Positions 27,095-38,700 of a stretch of DNA of 53,857 bases are shown here, piece by piece. Position 1 is the first letter of the stretch. Each line of letters starts with the position of its first letter. A program made the translations under genes and the position numbers. Origin of the DNA: Elsinoe ampelina (taxonomy: Eukaryota); the NCBI GenBank assembly GCA_010093995.1, contig ML992508.1, forward strand, positions 1,427,290 to 1,481,146, read 5' to 3'. Under the pieces are notes generated by a model. It saw only the letters and a list, made by a program, of their open reading frames with translations. It did not search any database and was not told the origin of the DNA.

Positions 27095-28003
27095 CTAATC
27101 CAGGCAATCGGAAAGGGTCCTTAAAATCTCGGCTTGGTGCTTGACGCATGGTGCAGAGTGACCTTCACCCTCGTATACTGTCAGCACTGCCCCCGGAATC
27201 CTTTGTGCCATGGCTCGACCAGCTGCTGCCGGTGCAATATCATCCTTCTCGCCGTACCACATTAAGACATTCACGTCCTTGATGTTGTCGAGCTGAAATC
27301 CCCAGGGTGCTACTGCAAGTGCCGCATCGTCGACGTAACCTCCTGGCCCTTGCGCAAAAGCACCTCGCAGTGCCTCAGTCATGCAATCAATAACCCAGTC
27401 GTTCTTACTGGCTTCGGCATCAACTCCATTCTGTGCCTTGATAGACTTCTCAACCGCACTTCGCAGCTTTGACTGATCTGGATCCCGTGCGGTCTTGCCC
27501 ACCATAAAGTCCCAGAGCCAACCTACTGCTCCAGCTGGCACTTTGTCCATGGCCCAGAAGCTGAATCTTTGGACCATTGACATGCCTTCGAATGTGAGAC
27601 CACGAGGTGGTAGACCAACAACTACACTTACTGCCTTTAAGCCTGGCAGCATGTCTCTTCTGGTACCACAAGCCAAGGCGTAAGCACCACCACCAGAGCT
27701 ACCGAGGACTGCGTAGCCAGTGACCTTGAGATGAGCGACTAGTGCGGCGACATCGACGGGATAGTCGACTACTTTGCGGGTGCTATGGCGAGTTGAAATG
27801 CCTAGACCAGGACGGTCTGGAGCAACAATGCGAATGGACAGGGCGTTGGCAGTGTCTTGCCAGAGTCGAGCCTCAAGACGTGAGCTGGGCAGGCCATGGA
27901 AGAAAATCACGACACGCTCATGCTGCGCACCGTAGTCTGCATATGCAAGCTTCCGTCCATCGGTCAAAATTAGGACGTTGAGGTCACTGTTGATCGAAGC
28001 CAT
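27095..28003 (-). CDS. Alpha/beta-fold hydrolase (Abhydrolase_1-like), 302 aa, intronless
   Basis: FHGLPSSR oxyanion motif, PDRPGLG, nucleophile elbow GSSGG, catalytic Asp (YGEKDD) and His (YEGEGH). Confidence 0.93.
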   Translation of the reverse strand: MASINSDLNVLILTDGRKLAYADYGAQHERVVIFFHGLPSSRLEARLWQDTANALSIRIVAPDRPGLGISTRHSTRKVVDYPVDVAALVAHLKVTGYAVLGSSGGGAYALACGTRRDMLPGLKAVSVVVGLPPRGLTFEGMSMVQRFSFWAMDKVPAGAVGWLWDFMVGKTARDPDQSKLRSAVEKSIKAQNGVDAEASKNDWVIDCMTEALRGAFAQGPGGYVDDAALAVAPWGFQLDNIKDVNVLMWYGEKDDIAPAAAGRAMAQRIPGAVLTVYEGEGHSAPCVKHQAEILRTLSDCLD

Positions 28004-28245
28004 TGCCTATGATAATTTGCGGCGTGCTGCTTGAAGTGGTTGCTGATGGTATTGGCGGTCTGAGGACCTCATTTAAGCTGTCTTGTACAGGAGCCTGGCA
28101 GATCGGTTAGACTGCTCATTGCGCCGCGAGCAGATGCAATAGAGCCGCTTTTCATGATGGCAGCCTGCGTTGCGAAGGTACGGCGGATTTAATCGGCGCC
28201 TGATTGTGGTGGCTGGTCTAGCTGGTGGCCGTGCGAGGAGGTCGG

Positions 28246-28504
28246 TGTTGACTTGTGTAGGGGAGGAAAAAGGATTAATTACTGCCTGAACTACCAAAAT
28301 GAGGTAGATTATAACTACATAAATACTTAACCTAGTATACTAAAAGATAGCTAAATCAAAAGAACTCCTTAATAGTAGTAGATTAAAATAATAATTATCC
28401 AATTTAATTATAGATTAGTAAAATAGTAAGATAGTGTTTAGTTTAACCTTAGGATAAACTAAATTAGAGTCTTCTTAGCGCTCTAGCTTATACCTTAGTT
28501 AATA
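28246..28504 (-). repeat. Copia C 3' LTR (259 bp)
   Basis: Ends TGTTGACT and AGTTAATA (RIP of AGTCAACA); adjacent PPT on the minus strand. Confidence 0.75.
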
Positions 28505-28592
28505 TACCCCTTTACTAAATAGCTATAACTCTATAATAGCTAGTTAGTAGACTACTAACTTAAGGAATAGCTATTATAAGAAGGCCTTATAC

Positions 28593-31500
28593 TATCACGA
28601 ACTGTCTAAACACAGCTTACGCTAGTAGTCTAAGCTAAGCTAAGAACGAGGTAGTTCTACTTCTATAGCAGTATAGCACTAAGGTAAGAGTCGAAGAAGG
28701 TATGTCTTATAGATAATAAAGTACAATTAAATAGTATTATAAAGGCTAGCCTTGGCAATACTAGTGTTCGCTATCTAGATAAGGTTAACTATAGTACTTA
28801 TATAAGGTAAGGACTGCTCCTATATATATGTGTTCTTTACTATGTACTCTATATGCTCTATATACTCTATAGCGAGAGTCGGGAGCAATATAGAGTATAC
28901 ATCCGCTAGTAACCTATATACTTTATAGTTTTAGAGGTAGAGCTACTAGAGAAGATAGAGAACTAGGTAAACGTCGGGCTAAGTTACATAATGATCTTAG
29001 TAGCTTAATTAGTCCTAACGTCTCTACGTTCTAGCTGTTCTACTAGTTTATAATATTACTCTTCTCCTTTAATCAAGTTGTCCTAACAAGTAAGTATTCT
29101 TCCCTATCTTTATACGCTATGTACTAAACATGCCTCCTAGTTGTTAAAGGCATAGCAAATCTAGTACATCTACATAAAAGAATCTCTTAGAGTTTATCGA
29201 ACTATTCGGAACTAATATGCTATAGGCTTATTCTTGTTATAAATCGAAGGGGCTAGACTATAAGGTCTATGTTCGGTCGGGTATCTATAGCTAGTATATC
29301 GTAAGTAACTACTTAGGTTATAATATTTAGGTAACAAAATTAGAATAGTAGCGTCTCTAGTCTAAGTATATTCATTTACGAAAGGAATTAGTTATAGCTA
29401 AGGCTACTAGAAAGAAAGCCGAAGAAGCTTATAAAAAGGTAAAAGAGGCTTATTAAAGAGCTATAGGTAATAAGCTTCGCCTACGCGAAGAGATATAAAA
29501 GTTAAAGGACAAGGTAGAGGAAGTAATCTCTCTAGAAGAGACCTATATTTAAGTCTTAGAGTAGGAGGAAATACTATTATTAGTAGATCCTATCCTACTA
29601 TAGGATTAGTAGTTATTTATGCCTAACTCTAATTAGAGTTCCTTACTTAGCAACGATTAAGGTGCTTCTATTAGTTAAGTAATCTTCCTTAGGCGTCCTT
29701 GTTTTTGTTTAGTATTTAGGGTACTAGGTCTATCTAGTCAGTTTACTTAGGATAGGTTCTTAATCTAGTAATCTAGAATTACTTACGAGGTAAGGTACTC
29801 CTCTAGTTCCTATGTTGCTTTACTATACTAATGTCCCTTCTAGTAAATAAGATAGTAGCGTTTTTCTTTTATAAGTTTATAACGTAAAACCCTTTCGATC
29901 TTATACTATAGCTCTTATGTTTCTTTATCTAGTTCGATAGGTCTAGGTATAGTATTCTATAGTACTTTCTCTAGTAGTAATATATAAAAGACTAGATAGA
30001 TCCTTATATGTCTTAGTAGTTCTAGTTTATATACGTTCTTATTTTTCTTTTCTAGGATCTTAAAGAGTCCTAGTTTAGTATAGTTAAGTTTCTTACTTAG
30101 TTATTTTGTTTTAATGTTTTTACTAAGGAGGTAAACTTTCTCTCTCTCCTATAGAATTAGTCCTATAATTCTCTTCTAGTTAGTAAACTCTACCATTTTT
30201 TATAATATAAATGCTATATTATAGTATAGCTAGTCGTGTAGTTTCTTAATGTTAGCTACTAGTATATTAGCGTCCTTAGATATTAGCTTAATTCTAAGTG
30301 TGTTATAGTGTAGATCTAGGTATATTCTATAGTTTACATAGAATAGTAAAATTCTATTTGCTAACTTTCTATTGTTAATAGCGAGCTCTACGAGTAGTAA
30401 TAGCATTACCTATAAGTCTTGCTTATAGTTTAGGTAGTATTATAGGTACTACTCTAGTACTTAATTTGCCCGTTTAGTTTGTCTATCCGTTTATAAGTGA
30501 AAGGAGATTAATAGCTTATATTTAACTCCTAGTAGATCTATAAATAATTGCTAGAATTATAATGTAAATAGCTTATCTCTATTAGTTATTAGGTCTCGTA
30601 GTACTCTATGTTATAAAACAATTATTCGGAGAAAGGTAAAGGCTATATCCTCGGTAGTTGCTATTGTCTTATATAGTATAAAGTAGTAATACTTCGTAAA
30701 CCTATCTACTAGGACTAGAATACTATTATACTTCGCACCTATAAGAGGTTCTTCTAATAGTAGTAAAGGTCCTATAAAGTCTATCGTAACTAATTGCTAT
30801 AGTTTATCTAGTAGTAGCAAGGGTTATAATAGGCCGTATAGCTTGTGTTATAAGTACTTAGACTTGTAGCATATATCGCAGGTAGTAATATATGTCTTAA
30901 CATCGTTTCGGAGTTCTTTCTAGAGGTAGTTTTATATAATAAGTTTAATAGTCTTATCGATCCTGCTATGCCCTGCTATTAGGTTATTATAGTGTATTTA
31001 AATAACTTCTTTCTTCTATTCTTACGTAAGCTCCTAGGTAAGGCTATATAACTACTCTACCTTCGGGTACTTATAGACTAGAGCGCCGTCTTACTACTTT
31101 AGTATAGAGGCCTCTATTATTGTTATATTCTTTAAGTAGTCTAGTCGTCGGCTAAGAGCGTCTACTCTACTATTCTCTAATTCCTTAATATAGTAGATCT
31201 AAAAGTTATAGCTTATAAGTATTTCTAACTATCGAACCTGTCGTCTATTAAGAACCTTAGTTATTGTCTAATATAATAGGTTCTTATAGTTGGTATAGAC
31301 TTATATAGGTAAGGTTATTCCTTCTAAGTATACTCTCTACTCGCGGAATGCCTCTATAATTATAAGTAACTCCTTGTTGTATATGTTATAGTTAAGTTTA
31401 GGTCCGGTTATTTTTCGTAAGTAGTATATAATTAAGTAGCATTATTCTTCCGCGTCCTTCTATACTAGATACACTTCTATTACAAAGTCCGAGGCATTTG

Positions 31501-34500
31501 TTTCTAGTAGTGCTTATTAGTCTAGGTCGAAAAGTACTAGGACAGGTACTATTATAAGTCTAAGCTTTAGCTCCTTAAAGGCCTACCTATATCCCTTGTT
31601 AAAGACAAAGCTAGTTTCCTTTTTCGTAAGGTTAGATATTAGCGTAGCTACTTTAGAGAACCTCTTAATAAACTTATAGTAGTAGTTAAAGAACTTTAGT
31701 AGTGCTTAAACCTCCTTAACTGTTATAGGTTCTAGCTAGTTATTTACTAACTCGATCTTCTTTAGATTAGGCCCGATACTATTAGTAGATATAACATAGC
31801 CTAGAAATTATATCTTATACTTATAGAACTTACACTTAGAGAGTTTTACTAGTAGGTCTTTCTCTTTTAGTTTCTATAGTACTTTATAAATATGTCCTAT
31901 ATGTTTATTGTATATCTTTAAGAAGATAATAATATTGTCTAAATATGCTAAGATAAAGTTGTTAAGGTATTCTCGTAGAGTGTTATTAATTAACTCTTAG
32001 AAGGTTATAGGAGTATTAGTTAACCTAAAGGGCATAACGAGGTACTTATATAGACTCTATTATATCCTAAAAGCCGTTTTCTACTCCTTACTCTCCTTTA
32101 TTTACACTTAATAATAGGCGTCTTTAATATTAATTACAGTGAACTATTTAGCTCTAAGTAGTCGGTCTTAAAGTTTATCGATCCTTAGTAAGGGATAGTA
32201 ATTCTTCCTAGTAAGTATATTAAGTTTCTAGTAATTAATGTATATTTATAACGTCCTATCCTTCTTTAGTGTAAAAAGCACTCCGTACGTAATAGGTAAT
32301 TTTAATAGTTATATAAATCCTTTAAGTAAGTACTTATCGATGTAGTTCTTAAAGATATTCTCCTCTTATCTCGATAGTAGTATAAGACCTTAATAGTGTA
32401 TTAGGGATTTACCTTCTTTAAAAGGTATTTTATAATTCTATAGTTTATATTAGGGTAAGGCTATAATACCTTCTCTTTCTTTAAATAAGTCCTTAAAGTC
32501 TTTATATTCTAGTAGAAGTACTTAATTACTTACGCTAGCAATAGCCCTAACTATTAGTCGTACCTATACTATCCTTATAGTTAGTATCCGCGGAGCTAAT
32601 TATACTCCCTATATTCTATAATTATACTTAGGAAATTCGAGTGTTCCTTTAATCTAGTCTACGTCTAGATTGTGTTATTAAAGCTAGTCTATACTAAGTA
32701 CTATATTGTACTATATGTCTACTATATCGATTAATCGTTTTTCTATGTATATTTCGATTTTAATTATAACGTTCTATAGTTCCTAAGTAACTTTCCTATT
32801 CTTCCCTATAGAGGTTCTATCTGCTATAGTAAGTAGGTAAGGTAACTCCTTCTAGTGTTAATAAGGTTTAAGCTAATTAGTAACTGTTATAGAGATATAG
32901 CTATAGTTAGCTCCTAAATCTATTATTACTCTTACCTTACTCTCTTATATTTCGACTTCTAGTATAAAGTAGTTTAACGTATAGATCTTTATTATGTTAA
33001 GGCTTTAGCTAGTGTTATTGTCTTACCTTATTAGGCAACAACTAGCTAGTTTTTTGTTATTGTAGCTCCTTAGATAAGTAGCTAATCTCTTCCTGCACGT
33101 ATCTACTATTAGTACTATATCTATTAGGCAAGTTGTGTTTTGTTACTATTTAATATAGCAAGGTAAACTTCTAGCGCCTAAGTCCCTTAGTAGCTATAAA
33201 GTCCAATAATTCTCTACTAGTTGTACTAAGTAGTGTTATATACCCGTATAGGTATAACTATTCCTTCTAGGTGTAGCTAGGCGTTAGTATTAAAGACGAA
33301 AACAGGTTATATAGATTCGTCTTGTTACGTCCTATTCTAGTAGTAGGTGTATATTATTATATAATTCCTCTATATCCCTATAAGGTATACTTTAAGTCGT
33401 TTACCTAATAGTAGTACGTCGTTGTTATTGTTAGATAAGTCCTTATCTATGTTATTACATTGTAGTTGTTTAGTATATCTCTTGTTATATTCCTCTTCGT
33501 CGCTACCGCCCCTAGCGTAGTTATAGTTAGTAAGGCTACACTAAGTATATTCTTGTACTTAGCTATAGAGAATAGTACTACCTATTTTAATTACCGAGAA
33601 GTCCGTAGTATATTTAAGACTAATAGCCTCTTCTCTAAGTATATTGTATAAGTAAATAGTGTAGTACTATTCGCAATCTAGATTTGTACATTTCTAGAGT
33701 AATATATAATATGCCTTTCCTTATAGTACACTATAAGAGCTAAAGGTAAGGCTACTATATTATTATATAGTACTCGTGTCCTAATACTTCGTCTCGATAA
33801 TTGTATATTAGTGATTATTACTAACTACCTTCTAAGGTTAGTTACTATTGCTACTAATTATAGAAAGCTCTTCTAGGTTAGGTTCCTAGTCTAGCTATTT
33901 TATTAGTTACCTACGCTTAGATAGCTTATATAGGAACTAACTAGATCCCTACTTGTCTAATAAGTAAATATAATAAGAGTTATTATAATATACTATCTAT
34001 AATAGTGTTACGTGTTAGCTTTGTTATTTACTGTTAGTTATAGAAATATTAAGCGTAACATCCGGAGAGGATTCTCTTACCTCTTAAGTCGTCGTAGACT
34101 TCTTCTATGTTTCTTTACCTACGCTAAAGGTCGTTAGGTCTTCTATAGTAGTATTAGCCTTTTTCTCTACTAGCCTAGCAACTATTATATGTAATCTATC
34201 GGCTAGCGCCCCTTGTTAGTAGTCCCTAGCCCGATGCCTAGGTCTTTTATACTTAAAATATAAGTTGTCTTATCTATACTTCTCTCTCTCTTTTCTACTA
34301 AGGAACTTTCCTCTACGGCCGTAGCCTTATGCCTATAAGGGGTAGCCTTCGCGTATAGTATTAAGTTCTATAGGGTCTCTATAGTTTTAGGAGGAACGCG
34401 TATATCTAGTGTTTACCTTATATCCTCTATAACGTTCTATACGTCGTTTGTAAAGTCGGTTGTTAATAGCAATTATAGTATCTACTAGTTCTTAGAGGCT

Positions 34501-35607
34501 ATTAGGTAGCTCGAGTATTATTTAGTCTTTAACCGAGTTACTTAGTCCTTAGTAGAATACTAAATGTTTAGTACTATTATCCTAGTCTAGGTATATTACG
34601 AGTTGTTAGAACTAGGAATAGTACTAGGCTATAGACCTACGTTGTTATAGTTATTAGATCTTCGTCGCGGCGACGCACTTCTCGTTAGATACGTTAAAGA
34701 CTTGCTTAATCTTTGCCTAAAAGATGTTAAAGCTCTTAAAGATAGCCTTTATATCTAGGCTTAGTTATCTATCTAGGTAGCTACTTATATAAGGCTTAAA
34801 CTACCCGAAGGTAGCGCCTTTAAGGTGTATTCCGGCATAGAGGACCTTTACTGTGTCGTTAGCGTACTTGTCTCTCTCTAGGGCAAAGAAGGCTTTAAGT
34901 TAAACAAGGAAGCGCCTTAAGTAGGCGTAGTCCCTATAGAAGAGTTCTACTTCTAAATTAGGCCTACTCCGTCCTTCTATACTAAAAGACCTTCTATATT
35001 CGCCTAAGGTTAAACTAGTAGTAGATATGTCGTTAATAGTAAGCTTTCTTAGCTTACTAGTAATCGAAGATGCTAATAGTAACTTAGAGTAAGAGTTACT
35101 TATTAACCTCGTAGCGTGCTATACTATAGTAAGGGTAGTTAAAATGTTACGAACTGTCTAAATATAGCCTACGCTAGTAGTCTAAGCTAAGCTAAGAATA
35201 AGGTAGTTCTACTTCTATAGTAGTATAGTACTAAGGTAAGAGTCGGAGAAGATATATCTTATAGATAATAAAGTATAATTAGATAGTATTATAAAGGCTA
35301 GCCTTAGCAATACTAGTGTTTGCTATCTAGACAAGGTTAACTATAGTACTTATATAAGGTAAGGACTACTCCTATATACATGTATTCTTTACTATGTACT
35401 TTATGTACTCTATATGCTCCGTAGCAAGAGTTAAGGGCAATATAGAGTACACGTCCGCTAGTAACCTACGTACTCTATAGTTTCAGGGGTAGAGCTACTA
35501 GAGAAGATAGAGAACCGGATAAACGTCGGGCTAGGTTACGTAATAATCTCGGTAGCTTAATTAGTCCTAACGTCTCTACGTTCTAGCTATCCTACTAGTT
35601 CGTAACA
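28593..35607 (-). mobile_element. Full-length Gypsy A copy 3 (inverted), inserted at the end of Copia C RNaseH
   Basis: LTRs at 28593-29055 and 35145-35607; TSD TATAC (28588-28592, 35608-35612); reverse complement of 8890-15904. Confidence 0.95.
29130..29650 (+). pseudogene. Antisense Zn2Cys6-like ORF of Gypsy A (copy 3)
   Basis: atgcctcctagt start at 29130; homologous to the copies starting at 15367 and 21920. Confidence 0.62.
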
Positions 35608-35770
35608 TATACCTCCTAGGTAGTAATAATTTAGTAAATCTATTAGCTAGTATATTTACTAATAGTGTCTATATAACTAAGATAGGACTAGATAGATCTC
35701 TAGCTTAATTAATCTCTTGTTTTAGCTAATAATAATAAATATTAATATAGTAAAGGCATATATTTAGCTT

Positions 35771-38700
35771 TAATTACAACTAGTAAGATAAGAGGTTAAT
35801 TACGTCTATTTATTAAGATATTAAGACTTAGAAGAAGAAGAAGAAAACTAGTGTACAAAGCATATGTAATATTAAGAGTAGAGTAGCTAGAAGCCTAGGC
35901 TATAATACTAAGATTACATAACTAATCTAAACTAGATCCTAACTAAATCTAGTTCATATCTATCTTATATTACTACTCTCTCTCTTAAGCGCGTTTGTCC
36001 TTAAACGCTATTATATATTATTTATTAATCTATTTCGGCCTTAGCTTATCCATATAAGAGTCTAAATAGTCACGTAGCACATTAGCTACTCCTTTAAGGT
36101 TATTAATTAGCTACTAGGTAAGATTCTCTAGATAGCTCTTCTAGCTTATATAAGTAACTAGCTTCCCTTATAGTATACATATATTAATTACATCGTTTAC
36201 CTTATACTCTTCCTTACTATCGACCTCTACTAGAGGTAGTTCCTTAAAGGCTTAGCCTAGTAGAGAGTTATTTAGGTGCTTAGTAAGGAGGTCGGTGTAG
36301 AATATAGAGTAAATCCTTTATAGAGCAGCTAGTAGATTAAGCTTATATACTAACAGTAACTGTTTTTTAAGGATCTTATAAGGACTAACATGCTTTAGTA
36401 GTAGCTTTAGATTGCCTAGTAATTAGAGGTTCTTTGTTAATAGCTAAACTAAATTGCCTACCTTAAACTCTATTAGCTAGTAGTGTCTATTAGCTTACTC
36501 CACTATTCGTGATTAGGCAATAGCGAGGTTAGCCTTAGTAATAGCTAGCGCTTCTTCTAGTTGCTTAGTAAGGGCGCGAATGTCGGCCTTATTTAGCTTA
36601 GCTCTTGTTAACGGTGCGTTAGAAGGGAGCTAGAAGCTTAGCCTTAGCTTATATTCTCTAGTAACCTTAAACAGCAATAGCTTAGTACTCTCTAATAGGT
36701 TAACGTTAGTAGAGAATTCTACGACTAGTAGAACAAGTGTCTAATTACTAAAGCGTATAGCGTATAAATAGATAACTCGCTTAAACTTGCAATTTATAAC
36801 CTCTAATTAGCTGTCTATTTATAGATGCCCTATAGTAGACAGTTTAGTAGTAATCTTTAGGATTTAGTAGAGCCTTTTCTATACGTCGCTAACGAACTAA
36901 GGGCCGCAATCTAAGGTGATACTATCTAGTAGACTATATAGTTTCTACACGTAGAAGAATAATAGCTTAGTAGTCTTAAACGCTAAAGTACTACCTTCTC
37001 CGGAGAAGTATAGAATTAAATACTATTCCTTAGATAGGCAGTCGACAACATAGAGTACTACGTTATAGCTATCTACTAGAGGTAGACTAGTAACAAAGTC
37101 TATAGTAATGTATTGCTATAGTCTTACCGGAATAGGCAATAGCGATAGAAGGCTAGCTAGTAAGCTATAGCGAGCCTTTAAGCGCTTATAGTTATAACAG
37201 TTAGCGACGAACCTCTTAACGTTACTATCGCATCTAGAGATATAGAAAGTGGACTTAATTATAGTAGCCGTTTTAGTAGCTCCTTCGTGTGTATAATCCT
37301 TCGATGTATAGACTCCTTAGATAACCTTTACGGCTATAGAGAAAGACACGATTAGTCGGCTATTAGCCTATAGTATTCCCTTTTTAATTGTAACATCGGT
37401 CGATAGTAACTATTTCCTCTTTAGGAAGGCTCCTATTATATAGTAGATACTACGAACTAACTCGAAGTTAGAGTCTTATAAGTTAGCTCTAGCTACTTTG
37501 TCGAATAGTAGTAAAGGTAGCTCTTCTAAGGCCGAGATAGGTGCTACGTAGATGCCTAGCTTATAAGCCGAAATAGGCAGCGAAATAGGTAGCGAAATAG
37601 GAGGTGAAATAGGCAGCGAACTAGTTTACGAACTAGATACCGAACTAGATCTTAGTTTAGCTTAGATAGGTAATCCAGTTCGGGTACGACCTAGATTTAG
37701 TTTATCGATAATGCGCTAATCTAGCACCTTATACAGTAATAGCGTCTAGCGTAGATTAGAGTCTTTCTTCGAGCGTAGTACGTCTCTATTCCTTCTTATA
37801 AGTGCGTCGGCCTTACTATTAGCGGCGCTAGGCTTATATATAATCTTAAAGTTAAATTATGTAAGGTAGAGGGCCTAGCGCGCTTAGCGACGCAATAGCT
37901 TCTAAGTCTTTATAAAGTGTATTAAGGATTAGTAGTTAGTAAGAACGTAGATAGCCTTATTAGATTAAGTACTTATAAGCTTAGGGGCCTACTCCTCGAA
38001 GGCTTAGATAATAGCTAGTAGTTCCTTATTATAGATAGCGTAGTTATATTCGGCTTTATTTATAGATTTACTAAAAAAGGCAATAGGCTAGAGGACGTTA
38101 GACTTATTATATTATAATAGAATTCTAGTAGTAGTAGTGTTAGAGGCGTCTATCTTAAGGACTATCTATTTTAAGCAATTAAAGTACATAAGGATAGGCG
38201 CGCTTATAATAGTGTACTTTATATAATTAAACGTAGTAGTACACTTATCGTTCTATAGTATAGCGTCCTTCTTAAGTAGATCGTTTAGTAGCTTAGCGAT
38301 AGTACTAAATCCCTTAATAAAACAGCGATAGTAGCTATAGAAACTAATAAAGCTTCTTACCTAAGTAGTGTTACTAGGGGCTAGCTATTTCTATGCTTAT
38401 ATAGCTTCTACCTTCTTAGGGTCTATCTTAACTCTATCTCGGCTAATAATAATACCGAGGTACTTTACCTCTATTAGGTAGAACTTGCTCTTCTTAATAT
38501 TAGTATTTAGGCCTAATTTGTAAAGCCTCTAAAGTATAAGCTTAATATACTTAGCGTGCTCTTAGTAAGTACTATTAGTATAGATAAGAATATTATCTAG
38601 ATAGATTAATATAAAGTGCTTTAGTATGTTAATAAAGTTGTAATTTATAAACCTCTACTAGACTATAGAGGCGTTAGTAAGGCTAAAAGGCATTACTAAC

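Noticed and set aside
22812..28245. Island as Starship cargo or horizontally transferred DNA
   Set aside because: No tyrosine-recombinase captain is seen, introns are fungal-type, and the boundaries are explained by Copia LTRs. An intronless hydrolase alone is not evidence.
23440..28297. Antisense and alternate-frame ORFs over the three genes
   Set aside because: Shadow ORFs of GC-balanced, low-complexity coding sequence.
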